Shown here: positions 28,096 through 40,150 of the stretch, piece after piece
Layout of the letters: the number at the start of each line of letters is the position of its first letter
How positions within the stretch are numbered: the first letter of the stretch is position 1
Source of the DNA: Flavobacteriaceae bacterium
GTDB lineage: Bacteria > Bacteroidota > Bacteroidia > UKL13-3
Assembly (NCBI GenBank): GCA_025363675.1
Contig: JANYDJ010000156.1
Coordinates: forward strand, 1-56,067
DNA: 56,067 nt
Direction of reading: 5' to 3'
Notes under the pieces: model-generated
What the model was told of the DNA's origin: nothing
What the model saw: only the letters and a program-made list of their open reading frames with translations
Database searches by the model: none
Position numbers and translations under genes: made by a program

Positions 28096-29424
28096 TTAAT
28101 TGCCTTTCTCTCTTTTATAATCCTCCAACTCCTCATCCTTCATCAAATTTCTAAACGATTCTGCAAGTTTACTCACGAGTCCAGGCCCCTTTGGCCTTGC
28201 AACTTTTACTTCTTCGGCAACGGGTGCTTCTTCTATTTTTTCAGGAACTATAGTTGGATTGCTTTGCGAGGTAACAGAGTTCAAACCTTTCATCACCAAA
28301 CCTATGCCTGTAGCATAAGCTGGGCTTTTCACTTCGTCCACCATTCCTTTGGCCAAATGCTCATCGGGATAACCCACACGTACATCTAAACCTGTATGAA
28401 ACTCAACCAACTGTGGCAAATGTTTCAATTGCGAACCACCACCTGTTAATACAATACCTGCTATCAATTTTTTCTCAAGTCCCGATGCTTTTATTTCATA
28501 TACCACCGAGCTGATAATTTCTTCCATACGTGCATTAATAATACGCGAAAGATTTTTTACCGAGATTTCTTTGGGTTCTTTTCCTCTCAATCCTGGAACA
28601 CATACAATTTCGTTTTCCTTATTTTCTTCAGGGATAGCGGAACCGAATTTTATTTTCAAAAGTTCTGCTTGGTTTTTCATTACCATACATCCTTCTTGTA
28701 TATCATCATTAATTACATTACCACCAAAAGGTATAATAGCAGTATGTCTGATTACATTCTCATGGAATATAGCAACATCGGTAGTTCCACCACCAATATC
28801 AACCAATACAACACCAGCTTCAAGTTCTTCGGCAGTAAGCACGGCATCGGCAGAAGCAAGTGGCTCTAATATTAAATTCTCTACATGCAAACCTGCACGG
28901 GTAACACATTTATATATATTTTTTGCAGCGGTGATATGTCCAGTAATTACATGAAAATTTCCTTCCAATCGTAAACCTGCCATTCCAACAGGGTCACTAA
29001 TTCCTGCTTCGCCATCCACTGTATAATCTTGTGGCAACACATGTATAATTTGTTCGCCAGGTGCCAATGCCACTTTATACATATCATCAGCCAAACGGTT
29101 CAAATCGCTCTGGGTAATTTCTGTATCTATATTATTTCTTACCAACAAGCTTCTGTTAGGAGTTGATTTTATATGCTGACCAGCAATGCCCACTTGCACT
29201 ACTTTTATATCAATTCCTGAGCGAGCTTTGGCCTCAGCAATAGCTTGGCTCACCGCGTCTTCGGTTTTGGGGATATTGGTCACCATGCCATGGTTTACAC
29301 CTGTGGATAAGGCTTGCCCCATACCCAAAATATCAATTTTACCGAATTCATTTTTGCGGCCGACGATAGCACATACCTTAGTTGTACCAATATCTAACCC
29401 AACTACTATTTTTTCTTTGTTCAT
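28096..29424 (-). CDS. ftsA: Cell division protein FtsA
   Basis: GLDIGTTKV, VDIGGGTTD, VLTGGGSQL. Confidence 0.97.
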   Translation of the reverse strand: MNKEKIVVGLDIGTTKVCAIVGRKNEFGKIDILGMGQALSTGVNHGMVTNIPKTEDAVSQAIAEAKARSGIDIKVVQVGIAGQHIKSTPNRSLLVRNNIDTEITQSDLNRLADDMYKVALAPGEQIIHVLPQDYTVDGEAGISDPVGMAGLRLEGNFHVITGHITAAKNIYKCVTRAGLHVENLILEPLASADAVLTAEELEAGVVLVDIGGGTTDVAIFHENVIRHTAIIPFGGNVINDDIQEGCMVMKNQAELLKIKFGSAIPEENKENEIVCVPGLRGKEPKEISVKNLSRIINARMEEIISSVVYEIKASGLEKKLIAGIVLTGGGSQLKHLPQLVEFHTGLDVRVGYPDEHLAKGMVDEVKSPAYATGIGLVMKGLNSVTSQSNPTIVPEKIEEAPVAEEVKVARPKGPGLVSKLAESFRNLMKDEELEDYKREKGN

Positions 29425-29460
29425 GATATATTATAATAACTTTTTTATCAAAGGTTTAGG

Positions 29461-30231
29461 CTATTTGCACACCACCTCATTTCGGAACTTCAAATTAATT
29501 GATTTATAATGGTTATAGCCTACTGTGTTGAGAACTTTAGAATAAAAAGTATGGAGTTTGTTCAGTTTATCAGACAAATCCCTATCATCTCCGAAAATAA
29601 TCTCGCTCGGACCAATCTTGGGAACGATGGTTAAATCACCTTCTTCATTTATATATATCGATTCTGTGAGCGATTTGTAGTAAGCATTCGTATCAATAGC
29701 TTTCAAATAATTATATACCATTTTGCCAACAGGAGTTACCATAGAATCTTTATAGGAAATACCCTCAAAAAAATATCCATTCACCACAGGTACTCTAGCA
29801 GTATAAGTATTACAAAAAGTAAACTTCTTTCCATCCTCATCTATATAATAATCCAATTTATCGGTAAAAACCCTAGCCAATGGCCGTTTCTGTATTATCT
29901 GTATATTCAAATTCCCGGGTATATCTTTATATACTTTCACTTTTTTAATAAAGGGACTTTTCAATAATTCATTCTCTAAGATATAGGGGTTCAAATCCTT
30001 TACTGGCGTGCCAATGATAGATTGTATTTTTAAATGATTGGTGATTATATTATCTACCGCCTCCTTGTCCACAAAATAATTCCCGCTGGCTTGGTTGTCA
30101 ATTTCTATATTCACACTGCCACAAGTAATATGCTGCTGCTGACTACCTGTGAAACTTAAAAACACAATTAAGTTTACTACTAGCAAACACCATAAAGTAA
30201 TATTCGATATTTTATATATTTTCCTATTCAA
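29461..30231 (-). CDS. ftsQ: Cell division protein FtsQ/DivIB (TTG start)
   Basis: N-terminal TM, POTRA-like region, position between murC and ftsA. Confidence 0.85.
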   Translation of the reverse strand: MNRKIYKISNITLWCLLVVNLIVFLSFTGSQQQHITCGSVNIEIDNQASGNYFVDKEAVDNIITNHLKIQSIIGTPVKDLNPYILENELLKSPFIKKVKVYKDIPGNLNIQIIQKRPLARVFTDKLDYYIDEDGKKFTFCNTYTARVPVVNGYFFEGISYKDSMVTPVGKMVYNYLKAIDTNAYYKSLTESIYINEEGDLTIVPKIGPSEIIFGDDRDLSDKLNKLHTFYSKVLNTVGYNHYKSINLKFRNEVVCK

Positions 30232-30233
30232 TG

Positions 30234-31655
30234 CTATGCTTTATTGTAATAATTCTTTAGAGGTATAACAAATGTATCAATATCGCCAGCACCCAATGTC
30301 ATTAACACTTCTGGCTTATACTTTTTCATTTCTTTCATCAGGTTTTCTTTGGTTACCAATCTTTTGTTTTTATTCTTCATCATATCAAAAACAATTTGAG
30401 AAGTAATACCTTTCATAGGCTTCTCTCTAGCTGGATATATATCCATCAATATAACTTCATCTAATAAATCTAAACTCGCTGCAAATCCATCTGCAAAATC
30501 TCGTGTGCGACTATATAAATGCGGTTGAAAAATGCCTGTTATTTTTTTGTTTGGATATAACATTTTAGCCGAATTAATTGCAGCTTTCAGTTCTTCGGGA
30601 TGATGGGCATAATCATCAATATATACAAAATTCTTTTCTTTAATTATATATTCAAAACGTCTTTTTACGCCAGCAAATGTTTTTAAACCTTTCTTAATCT
30701 GCTTTTCTGTTAATCCCAAATATCTACATACAGCTATTGCTGCTGTAGCGTTCTCCACATTATGAGAACCGGGCAAACCACATATAATGTTATTCCATTT
30801 TACATCAGCATCTCTATAACTAAATATATAATCTCCATCGGTAACTCTTATTTTTTCAGCATTAATTTCTGCATCCACTTTTATACTATATGTGAAATGT
30901 GGATTTCTGAACTTGGCAATTTGTGGTATCTCTTTTTTGGCAAATAATACACCATCCTTCTTGGTTTTTTTAGAAAAAGCGATAAATGTTTTCTCCATCT
31001 CATCATGATTTCCATATATATCTAAATGGTCCGCATCAGTTGCTGTTATCACAGAAACGTCAGGCTTGAGATGCAAAAATGAACGATCAAATTCGTCTGC
31101 TTCCACTACTACAAACGGATATTCTCCGGTATTGGCAATATAGTTTGTTTGATAGTTGGTCGATATCCCTCCCAAAAATGCCAATACATCTACGCCTGCA
31201 TTTTTGAGTATATGTGCTATCATAGTTGAGGTAGTTGTTTTGCCGTGAGTGCCAGCTACTGCAATAGTATAATAGTTCTTACTAATTAATCCCAGCAATT
31301 CAGAACGCTTTATAATATTATATTCATTATCGACCAACCACTTAAAAGCTTTGTGTTCCTTTGGCACCGCAGGGGTTCTAACAATTAATATACTATTTTT
31401 ACTGATATTTAATTTCTTTTCAAAATATGCAATATATTGTTCTTCAAAATTTTTGAATTGCTTCTTAATTGTTTTTATCTGGTCGTCGAATACTATATCA
31501 ATTCCTTCTTTTTGCAAGGCTTGGGTTAAGGGTGTTTCCGTTTTATCATAACCTGATACTATTATGTTCGTTCCATTAAAAAAACGTGCAAGGGCACTCA
31601 TACCAATGCCTCCAATGCCCAAAAAATAGATATATTTAATATTCTTTAAATTCAT
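30234..31655 (-). CDS. murC: UDP-N-acetylmuramate-L-alanine ligase
   Basis: GIGGIGMSALA, AGTHGKTTTS, EADEFDRSFL, DDYAHHP, FQPHLYSRT. Confidence 0.97.
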   Translation of the reverse strand: MNLKNIKYIYFLGIGGIGMSALARFFNGTNIIVSGYDKTETPLTQALQKEGIDIVFDDQIKTIKKQFKNFEEQYIAYFEKKLNISKNSILIVRTPAVPKEHKAFKWLVDNEYNIIKRSELLGLISKNYYTIAVAGTHGKTTTSTMIAHILKNAGVDVLAFLGGISTNYQTNYIANTGEYPFVVVEADEFDRSFLHLKPDVSVITATDADHLDIYGNHDEMEKTFIAFSKKTKKDGVLFAKKEIPQIAKFRNPHFTYSIKVDAEINAEKIRVTDGDYIFSYRDADVKWNNIICGLPGSHNVENATAAIAVCRYLGLTEKQIKKGLKTFAGVKRRFEYIIKEKNFVYIDDYAHHPEELKAAINSAKMLYPNKKITGIFQPHLYSRTRDFADGFAASLDLLDEVILMDIYPAREKPMKGITSQIVFDMMKNKNKRLVTKENLMKEMKKYKPEVLMTLGAGDIDTFVIPLKNYYNKA

Positions 31656-32740
31656 TTTACCAAACTTAATATTTCTGAAACTATATCTTTTGCGGCATCA
31701 GGAGTAGCAAATAGTTTTATATTTTGGGACAAATTGTTCTGTAAAGGTATATCACTCATTAAGGTGATACAACTATCTATCAGAATATTTTTGGCATCTA
31801 TATCTCTTACCATCATAGCTGCCTCTTTATCCACCAAAGCCATTGCATTTTTTGTTTGATGATCTTCTGACACATTGGGCGAAGGTACCAATATCAAGGG
31901 TTTTCCCACCAATGCAATCTCTGAAATAGAACTTGCACCCGCACGCGAAACTATTATATCAGCCATGGCATAAGCAAAATCCATTTGATATAAAAAGTCA
32001 AATATTTTGATGGATTCATTTTGCAGATCCTTTACTTCATCATAATAAAATTTCCCCGTTTGCCAAATAACCTGATACCCTGCCTCCGCTAATTTTATCA
32101 CATCTTTCTGCAAAGTTTGGTTCAAGGTTCTTGCACCCAAACTTCCACCAATAAATAAAACAGTTTTTTTATTTAAATTCAATTCGAAAAATTGAGAAGC
32201 ATCTTTCTTTTTCTCAGTAATATTTTGCAAATCTTGTCTTACCGGATTACCTGTTTTTATAATCTTATCTGATGGGAAATATTTTTCCATTCCATCATAA
32301 GCAACACATATTTTATTGGCACGTTTGCTCAACCATTTATTCGTTAGCCCCGCATACGAATTCTGCTCGTGTATTAAGGTGGGAATACCTTTTAAACCTG
32401 CGGCATACAACAACGACCCGCTTGCATATCCTCCTACACCAATTGCTATTTGGGGCTTAAATCTATTTATTATAATATTTGATTTATATACACTTGACAA
32501 TACTTTAAGAGGAAAAGATAAATTATCAACTGTTAATTTACGTTGCAAACCGCTTATCCATAATCCTTCGATTTCAAATCCAGCTCTCGGAACTTTTTCC
32601 ATTTCCATTTTACCTTTTGCACCCACAAATAATATATCAATATCAGGAATCTGTTTCTTCAGTTCCTGGGCAATAGAAACCGCTGGATATATATGTCCGC
32701 CGGTTCCTCCACCTGATATAATTACTTTTTTTAAGTTCAA
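31652..32740 (-). CDS. murG: Lipid II GlcNAc transferase (TTG start)
   Basis: GGGTGGHIYPA, HEQNS, GGSLGA, SRAGA. Confidence 0.97.
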   Translation of the reverse strand: MNLKKVIISGGGTGGHIYPAVSIAQELKKQIPDIDILFVGAKGKMEMEKVPRAGFEIEGLWISGLQRKLTVDNLSFPLKVLSSVYKSNIIINRFKPQIAIGVGGYASGSLLYAAGLKGIPTLIHEQNSYAGLTNKWLSKRANKICVAYDGMEKYFPSDKIIKTGNPVRQDLQNITEKKKDASQFFELNLNKKTVLFIGGSLGARTLNQTLQKDVIKLAEAGYQVIWQTGKFYYDEVKDLQNESIKIFDFLYQMDFAYAMADIIVSRAGASSISEIALVGKPLILVPSPNVSEDHQTKNAMALVDKEAAMMVRDIDAKNILIDSCITLMSDIPLQNNLSQNIKLFATPDAAKDIVSEILSLVK

Positions 32741-32744
32741 AATA

Positions 32745-33947
32745 TTATACTGTTTGGGCTTGTAAATTGTCTAAATTATCACTGGCTTTTTCTGGTATTG
32801 GCGATTCAATTTCTTCTTCTTTATTCCCTTCTTCCACTTTTCTGCTCACACTTAATATAATTCCAAAAGCTATAGAATTAAAAAGTATACTTGTTCCGCC
32901 CATGCTCACCAAAGGCAATGGCAAACCTGTAACTGGAAATACATTTACTGCTACCCCCATATTAATAAACGCTTGAATTACCAAACTAAATGCCAACCCA
33001 ACGGCCAACAATGCCCCATAAGCTCGAGGACTTTTTATTACAATTCGAATACATCGAAAAAGAAACAATAAGTATAATAATACAATGGCCAAACCTCCTA
33101 TGATTCCGTACTCTTCTATGATAATAGCAAAAATAAAATCGGAGTATGGATGTGGTAAAAAATTTCTTTGTGTGCTATTGCCAGGCCCTTTACCAGTAAT
33201 ACCTCCTGTTGCTATAGCAATTTTTGCTTGTTGGTTTTGATAACTTCCACCATTATCGTCATTGGCATAAGTTTCAATTCTATTTTTCCAAGTTTCAAAA
33301 CGTCCTTTTGCTGGTGTAAACATAGCTACAGCTGCTAATAAAAGCAATGCTACTACACCACACCCTACTATCATAAATATATATTTTAAAGGCATGCGGC
33401 CGATAAACATAATTAATAAGGAAGTGGCGAAAAGAACAGCAGCAGTACTGAGATTGGCAGGTGCTATCAACGAACATATAACAACAACCCATGACAGTAT
33501 TGGCATAAAAGATTTTTTCATTTCTTCAGCCTTATCCTGCGATCTCGATAATTGTCGAGCTATAAACATAATGAGGGCAAGTTTTGCCAAATCACTTGTT
33601 TGAAAAGTTTGATTAATCAGTGGTAAATTTATCCAACGTTTGGCATCATTCAAATCAACCCCCCAAATTAATGTATATATTAACAAGGGAACAGATACTA
33701 CAACCAAAATTAATGAGATTCGTGAATAATGCCTATAATCAATGAGGTGACACAGATACATAAAAAACAATCCAAATATAAGAATAGCCAAATGCTTAAA
33801 CATCTTGGCTTCTGTATTACCATCATATTGGGTAAAGGCTATGCTGCCCGTACTGCTATATACAGCCAGAACGCCAAACAGAGACAGTATGATGATTACA
33901 AACCATAATACCAAGTCTCCTTTCGCTTTATTTAGTATGTTATCCAC
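32745..33947 (-). CDS. ftsW: SEDS peptidoglycan polymerase FtsW (GTG start)
   Basis: AKRWI, FQTSDLAK, LPHPYSDFIFAIIIEEYG, PVTGLPLPLVSMGGTS. Confidence 0.95.
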   Translation of the reverse strand: MDNILNKAKGDLVLWFVIIILSLFGVLAVYSSTGSIAFTQYDGNTEAKMFKHLAILIFGLFFMYLCHLIDYRHYSRISLILVVVSVPLLIYTLIWGVDLNDAKRWINLPLINQTFQTSDLAKLALIMFIARQLSRSQDKAEEMKKSFMPILSWVVVICSLIAPANLSTAAVLFATSLLIMFIGRMPLKYIFMIVGCGVVALLLLAAVAMFTPAKGRFETWKNRIETYANDDNGGSYQNQQAKIAIATGGITGKGPGNSTQRNFLPHPYSDFIFAIIIEEYGIIGGLAIVLLYLLFLFRCIRIVIKSPRAYGALLAVGLAFSLVIQAFINMGVAVNVFPVTGLPLPLVSMGGTSILFNSIAFGIILSVSRKVEEGNKEEEIESPIPEKASDNLDNLQAQTV

Positions 33948-33995
33948 GAGATATTAACAATTTTCAAAGTTTATGATAAATTTTGAAATATATAA

Positions 33996-35342
33996 CTACA
34001 AGTTTCTAACGGCCTTCTTAAATTGGCGACCCCTATCTTGATAGTCTTCAAACAAATCGAAACTTGCACAAGCTGGGCTAAGCAATACTGTATCTTCTTT
34101 GCTGGCAAGTTTGTATGCAATGTGCACAGCTTCTTGCATAGAAGTAGCATTCACTATCATATCTACTTCCTGTCCAAAAGATTCATGTATTTTCCTATTG
34201 TCCAAACCAAGGCATACAATAATTTTTACTTTATCTTTTACCAATTGTTTCAATTGTGTATAATCATTTCCCTTATCTACACCGCCTGCAATCCACACTA
34301 CGGGTGTTTGCATACTTTCTAATGCATACCATACTGCATTAACAGTGGTAGCTTTTGAGTCGTTAACAAACTCGATACCGCCCACCTTGCCACAGTCTTC
34401 TAAGCGGTGTTCGATGTTTACAATTTGAGTAAGGCTGTCTCTAATTAATCCTTTGCGGATTTCAAGCACATCGCCCACTACAGCCGCAGCCATAGAATTG
34501 TAGGCGTTGTGACGGCCTCTTAATGATAGTTCTGATAGATTCATAATAAATATTTGGTTGTTTAAAGGGTTGATTTTTACTGTGAGTTCTCCGTCATTAT
34601 TATAAGCTCCTGGTTCACATTTTTCGAAGAATGAGAAAGGTAACTTTTTTGCTTTTGTCGGATATTTTAATATATTGTCAACTGTGAGTTTATTATCTGC
34701 ACAGTATATAAAATAATCTTCTTCGGTTTGATTTTGTAATACTCTAAATTTACTTGCTATATAATTATCCAATTCGTAATTATATCGGTCTAAATGATCG
34801 GGAGAAATATTGGTAAGAATGGCTATATTGGCTCTAAAATCATACATTCCATCCAACTGGAAACTACTAATTTCTAATACATAATAATCATATTTCTCAA
34901 GAGCTACCTGCCTAGCGAAACTCTTCCCAATGTTACCTCCCAAGCCCACCTTCAGTTCTGCACGGGTTAGTATATCATATATAATAGTGGTGGTGGTAGT
35001 TTTGCCATCGGTTCCTGTAATACAAATAGTATAGGCATCGGTATATTTTCCTGCAAATTCTATTTCTGATATAATAGGAATATTTAGAGCCCTTAACTTT
35101 TTAATGATTTCTGCTTTTTCTGGAATGCCGGGACTTTTTATAATAAGGTCAGCATTTAATATTAATTCTTCTGTATGTTTATTTTGCTCAAATGATACAT
35201 GATATTGATTAAGTTCGTCAATATATTTTTCTTTTATTGCTCCTGCATCACTTACAAAAACATCATAGTTTTTCTGTACACCCAAAATGGCTGCACCCGT
35301 TCCGCTTTCGCCTGCTCCCAATATCACTAGTCGTTTTTTCAA
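33996..35342 (-). CDS. murD: UDP-MurNAc-L-Ala-D-Glu ligase (probable TTG start at 35342)
   Basis: LGAGESG, ITGTDGKTTT, EISSFQL, NDSKAT, LSPACASFD. Confidence 0.96.
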   Translation of the reverse strand: MKKRLVILGAGESGTGAAILGVQKNYDVFVSDAGAIKEKYIDELNQYHVSFEQNKHTEELILNADLIIKSPGIPEKAEIIKKLRALNIPIISEIEFAGKYTDAYTICITGTDGKTTTTTIIYDILTRAELKVGLGGNIGKSFARQVALEKYDYYVLEISSFQLDGMYDFRANIAILTNISPDHLDRYNYELDNYIASKFRVLQNQTEEDYFIYCADNKLTVDNILKYPTKAKKLPFSFFEKCEPGAYNNDGELTVKINPLNNQIFIMNLSELSLRGRHNAYNSMAAAVVGDVLEIRKGLIRDSLTQIVNIEHRLEDCGKVGGIEFVNDSKATTVNAVWYALESMQTPVVWIAGGVDKGNDYTQLKQLVKDKVKIIVCLGLDNRKIHESFGQEVDMIVNATSMQEAVHIAYKLASKEDTVLLSPACASFDLFEDYQDRGRQFKKAVRNL

Positions 35343-35350
35343 TTTATATA

Positions 35351-36589
35351 TTATCTTACTTTTAAGGTGAGTATTGTAATAAGTGCCATCATAATTCCAA
35401 CTACCCAAAAGCGGGCAACTATTTTACTTTCGTGGTAACCTTTCTTCTGAAAATGATGATGCAAGGGCGACATCAGGAATATCCGCTTACCTTCTCCAAA
35501 TCTCTTTTTGGTATATTTGAAATAGGCCACCTGTATCATCACTGATAAATTTTCTGCCAAGAACACACCACATAAAATCGGAATCAATAATTCTTTTTTA
35601 ATAATGATAGCAAAAGCTGCTATAATACCACCCAATGCCAAACTGCCCGTATCGCCCATAAATACTTGTGCGGGATAAGTATTATACCATAAAAATCCAA
35701 CACACGCTCCTACAAAAGCACCCGCAAAAATGGTAAGCTCACTAAGGTGTGATATATACATTATATTCAAATATTTTGAGAATACTATATTACCCGTTAA
35801 ATATGCTATGAGTGCCAGCGTAATGCCCATAATGCCTGACGTGCCTGCCGCCAGTCCATCAATTCCATCTGTTATATTTGCTCCATTTGATACTGCTGTT
35901 ATAATAAATATAACTACCAACACAAATATTAAACCTGCCCAATTACTTCCAAAAATATCTGCATAATCAAGTTCATGATTTTTTAAGAATGGAATTGTTG
36001 TAACTGTAGATTTATATTCTTTTGCATATAATATTTTACCATCAATAGTCTCCTCCGTTATCTTATACCCTTCGCCCACATGCTCTGTTAATTCAGATTC
36101 TGGGATAAAATCTTTTACAACAACGGACGGGTGGAGATACAGGGTAAGACCCACCACCAAACCGCATACAACTTGACCGATAATTTTAAATTTTCCAGCT
36201 AATCCTTTTTTATCTTTTTTAAATACTTTTATATAATCATCTATAAACCCAATTAAGCCCAACCATACCGTTACAAACAGCATGAGTATGATATATACAT
36301 TCCATATTCTGGCAAAAAGCAAAGTGGGGATAACGATGGCTGCAATGATAATAAGTCCGCCCATGGTTGGTGTTCCTTGCTTGGCTTCTTCGCCCTGCAA
36401 ACCAAGCTTACGCACCGTTTCAGACACTTGCAATTTGTGAAGCATCTTAATAAGTCTGCCTCCAAATACCAAGGAGATAAGCAACGACACTATAATAGCG
36501 GCCCCGGTTCTTACCGAGATAAACTGATACAATCCCGAACCTGGGAAATGATAGTTTTTATTGAGATATTCAAATAAATAATATAGCAT
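35351..36589 (-). CDS. mraY: Phospho-MurNAc-pentapeptide transferase
   Basis: [39 protein letters not shown]. Confidence 0.97.
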   Translation of the reverse strand: MLYYLFEYLNKNYHFPGSGLYQFISVRTGAAIIVSLLISLVFGGRLIKMLHKLQVSETVRKLGLQGEEAKQGTPTMGGLIIIAAIVIPTLLFARIWNVYIILMLFVTVWLGLIGFIDDYIKVFKKDKKGLAGKFKIIGQVVCGLVVGLTLYLHPSVVVKDFIPESELTEHVGEGYKITEETIDGKILYAKEYKSTVTTIPFLKNHELDYADIFGSNWAGLIFVLVVIFIITAVSNGANITDGIDGLAAGTSGIMGITLALIAYLTGNIVFSKYLNIMYISHLSELTIFAGAFVGACVGFLWYNTYPAQVFMGDTGSLALGGIIAAFAIIIKKELLIPILCGVFLAENLSVMIQVAYFKYTKKRFGEGKRIFLMSPLHHHFQKKGYHESKIVARFWVVGIMMALITILTLKVR

Positions 36590-36590
36590 A

Positions 36591-38054
36591 TTACTTTTCT
36601 AATTTTTCGATTAATTCTATAATAATTTTTTTATCATCAAAATCATATTTTACTCCCGATATCTCTTGATAGGTTTCGTGTCCTTTGCCTGCCAATAGTA
36701 TTATATCCATAGGATTGGCCATGCTCACCGCAGTTTTTATAGCCTCTCTCCTATCCGTAATTCTGAGTGTTTTTTTATAGTGTAATCCTGGAACACCTTC
36801 TTGCATTTGATTAATTATTTCTTCGGCATTTTCATCTCTCGGATTATCAGAAGTAAAGATTACTTTATCGCTCATCTCGGCTGCAACCTTTGCCATTATG
36901 GGTCTTTTGCCTGCATCTCTATTTCCGCCACAACCTATAATAGTATATAATGTTTCGTTTCTGCTTCTAATTTCATTTATTGTTTCCAATACATTTTTTA
37001 ACGCATCGGGTGTATGGGCATAATCTACAATGGCCATTAGTTTATTGGGCGACATAATATAATCAAAACGACCCGTTACACTTCCCAAATTACTTAAAGC
37101 GGTTATTATTTCTTCTTTGCTTTTACCTAATAAAAAAGCTACCGAATATACCGTTAGTATATTATAAGCATTAAACCTACCAACTAACCTGTACCAAGCC
37201 TCTTCACCATCTATATTCAATAGCAATCCATTAAAATCGCTTTCAATTATTTTTGCTTTAAAATCTGCTGGAGCATTTAATGCAAACGAATACTTTGCTG
37301 CTTTGGTATTCTGAACCATAATTGCACCATTTCTATCATCCTTATTATATAAAGCAAAAGCATCTATATCTAAATTGTCAAACAATTTTTTCTTGGCTTT
37401 TATATAATTATCAAATGTAATATGATAGTCTAAATGGTCTTGGGTAATATTGGTAAATGCTGCCCCTGCTATAGTAAGTCCGGCAATTCTATTTTGTTCA
37501 ATAGCATGGCTACTGGCTTCCATAAACACATATTCGCAACCGGCATTAACCATATCAGCCAATAATTTATTTAATGAAATAGCATCGGGCGTGGTATGGG
37601 TAGCGGGAATTATTTGTTCGTTAATTTGGTTTTGTACGGTAGAAAGCAATCCTGATGAATGCCCAAATTCTCTAAATAAATTAAATAATAAAGTAGCACA
37701 AGTTGTTTTACCATTGGTGCCTGTAATAGCTACCAATTTCAATTTTTCTGATGGATTGTTATAAAAGTTAGAGGCGATTTTTCCTAAAGTTTCCGAAGTA
37801 TTCTCCACCTGAATATATATAATACTATTATTTACAGATTCGGGCAACTTCTCTACTACTATAATAGTACATCCCTGCTCAATTACTTGGGGAATAAAAC
37901 TATGGCCATCGGTCTGTGTTCCTTTCACAGCAATAAACATAGTGCCAAACGCAGCTTTTCTACTATCGGAAACTATGGCAGAAACTGGCATGGTTGTATC
38001 ACCCAACGTTTGGATAACTTTTATATTCGATATAAGCTCACTAATGTTTTTCAC
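36591..38054 (-). CDS. murE: UDP-MurNAc-tripeptide synthetase, meso-DAP type (GTG start)
   Basis: [24 protein letters not shown] specificity motif, AGKGHE. Confidence 0.97.
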   Translation of the reverse strand: MKNISELISNIKVIQTLGDTTMPVSAIVSDSRKAAFGTMFIAVKGTQTDGHSFIPQVIEQGCTIIVVEKLPESVNNSIIYIQVENTSETLGKIASNFYNNPSEKLKLVAITGTNGKTTCATLLFNLFREFGHSSGLLSTVQNQINEQIIPATHTTPDAISLNKLLADMVNAGCEYVFMEASSHAIEQNRIAGLTIAGAAFTNITQDHLDYHITFDNYIKAKKKLFDNLDIDAFALYNKDDRNGAIMVQNTKAAKYSFALNAPADFKAKIIESDFNGLLLNIDGEEAWYRLVGRFNAYNILTVYSVAFLLGKSKEEIITALSNLGSVTGRFDYIMSPNKLMAIVDYAHTPDALKNVLETINEIRSRNETLYTIIGCGGNRDAGKRPIMAKVAAEMSDKVIFTSDNPRDENAEEIINQMQEGVPGLHYKKTLRITDRREAIKTAVSMANPMDIILLAGKGHETYQEISGVKYDFDDKKIIIELIEKLEK

Positions 38055-38056
38055 AA

Positions 38057-40144
38057 CTATATAAGTTCTATTACAACCGTACCTCCTTTATATATTTTTT
38101 TTCCCTTTTCTATACTCTGAAATTTCACTTTTCCCTTTCCTACATATTGCACTTTCAATCCCTTGTTCTCCAGTAAATACAATGCGTCACGCATTCCCAT
38201 TCCTATTACATCGGGCATCTGGTTGTTGGCCACGGTGCTTGCTTCCGATATTTTTATATGTGATGAATTTGTACTTGCGTTTGACCATTCCTGAGTACTA
38301 TATACTTTTGCTTTATTATTGGTTATACTATAATAATCGCTAGTGTAACCTGCGGTCTTTGCTATATAAGTAGATTTTACGCTGTCTTGCAAATGCGTGG
38401 GTTCCCTATTTACGGAAGCAGCATATACTTTATCTGCAATTTCTTTAAACACCGGGCCAGCTACTAAAGCACCATAATAGATTCCATTGGTAGGTTTAAA
38501 AATCATAACCATACAGGTATATTGAGGCTTATCTGCTGGAAAAAATCCACAAAAACTAGATTTATATTTTTCTACGTATTCGCGATTTTCAACTATTTTA
38601 GCGGTACCAGTTTTGCCTCCTATTGGATATATTTTTGAACGAATATTGGTAGCAGTACCATGCTCTACAACTCCTGTAAGCATAGGCATTACGCGTTGCA
38701 AAGTTTTATCAGAAACAATTTTTTCAGCTAATACTTCGGTATTATATTCTTTAATTAATTTTCCTGTTTGCTCTATTCTTTTTACAAACATGGGCTTTAC
38801 CATTCTTCCTTTATTTGCAACTGCATTATATAAAGTCAAAATCTGCATGGGAGTAGTCTCGATAGAATAACCTATCGACATCCAAGGCAAGGTAGTAGAG
38901 CTCCATTTTTTGCTCTGTGGATTGGGAACCGCAGAAACAATTTCATCGGGAAAGCCTAATTTTAAGCTCTGTCCAAATTTGAAATCGTTCACCAAATGAT
39001 TTATAAATTTGGTTGGATTATTATGATAATGATTCCATACAAACTTACTGATACCTACATTCGACGAAAGTTCAAATGCTCTTTGCAAGGTAAGCATTCC
39101 TTTGCCGCCATGTTCACTATCATACATTGTTTTATCAGCAAACTTAGTACTACCATTTTCTGATGAAACAGTTTCATAATCATTCACATACCCATCTTCT
39201 AATAAGGCCAATACCGAAGCCAATTTAAATGTACTGCCAGGTTCGGTAGTTTCACTTAATGCATAATTATTCGCTTCTATTACTTCGTCGTTATCATTCC
39301 TTTTCAAATTAGATATTGCTTTTATAGCACCGGTAGCAGTTTCCATTAATATCACACATCCATAACTTGCTTTTTCTTTAATTAATGCATTTTTTAAAGA
39401 GTTCTCAGCAATATCTTGGATACTCATATCGATGGTAGTATGTATATCATACCCATTTAAAGGTTCTATATCATTGTCATCATTTATAGGTATCCAATTG
39501 CCACCTACTATTTTTTGCATTAAACTTTTCCCGTCTCTACCTTTCAACTGCTCATTATATGCGGCTTCTAACCCTATTCCTCTTTCATTATTTTTAGGCA
39601 ACTGCCCGATAGTACGTTTAGCCAATCTATCAAATGGATAATCACGAATATTTTCTGTAAGAATAATAACGCCTCCTTTATTACGACCAAGTCTGAATAT
39701 TGGAAATTTCTTTACAATTTTTAATTGATTGTAGCTTATTTTTTTTAACAATGGAACATATCTATCTAAATCTTTTCGTGCAGTATTTAATATCACTAAA
39801 TAATCCTTCTTACTTTTTTCAAGATTTATAGTAGACAACATTAAAGCTAAAGAATCTATATTCTTTTTCCAAATATCTTCGCTAAGTCCGTTTGCACGCG
39901 TATCCATCACCACATTATATACAGGAACAGAGGTTGCCATCAAACTACCATCGGCTGAATATATATTTCCTCGTATTGCAGAAATATTATGCAACTCAGT
40001 AGTTTGCTCTGTTTGCAATGCAACCCATTTACTTCCCTCAACAAACTGAATTTTATAAGCATAATATATTATAATGGCTGCAAACGATGCCATAAACACA
40101 AAGCTTAAATAAACTCGAAGTAATATGGTTTTCTTATTAGTCAA
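38057..40144 (-). CDS. ftsI: Class B PBP FtsI/PBP3 with C-terminal PASTA domain (TTG start)
   Basis: RGNIYS, EPGSTFK, SSN, KTGT, MPDVIGM. Confidence 0.92.
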   Translation of the reverse strand: MTNKKTILLRVYLSFVFMASFAAIIIYYAYKIQFVEGSKWVALQTEQTTELHNISAIRGNIYSADGSLMATSVPVYNVVMDTRANGLSEDIWKKNIDSLALMLSTINLEKSKKDYLVILNTARKDLDRYVPLLKKISYNQLKIVKKFPIFRLGRNKGGVIILTENIRDYPFDRLAKRTIGQLPKNNERGIGLEAAYNEQLKGRDGKSLMQKIVGGNWIPINDDNDIEPLNGYDIHTTIDMSIQDIAENSLKNALIKEKASYGCVILMETATGAIKAISNLKRNDNDEVIEANNYALSETTEPGSTFKLASVLALLEDGYVNDYETVSSENGSTKFADKTMYDSEHGGKGMLTLQRAFELSSNVGISKFVWNHYHNNPTKFINHLVNDFKFGQSLKLGFPDEIVSAVPNPQSKKWSSTTLPWMSIGYSIETTPMQILTLYNAVANKGRMVKPMFVKRIEQTGKLIKEYNTEVLAEKIVSDKTLQRVMPMLTGVVEHGTATNIRSKIYPIGGKTGTAKIVENREYVEKYKSSFCGFFPADKPQYTCMVMIFKPTNGIYYGALVAGPVFKEIADKVYAASVNREPTHLQDSVKSTYIAKTAGYTSDYYSITNNKAKVYSTQEWSNASTNSSHIKISEASTVANNQMPDVIGMGMRDALYLLENKGLKVQYVGKGKVKFQSIEKGKKIYKGGTVVIELI

Positions 40145-40150
40145 TATAAT

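Noticed and set aside
35343-35408. murD start at 35408
   Set aside because: It overlaps mraY by 58 bp; similarity to MurD begins at TTG 35342
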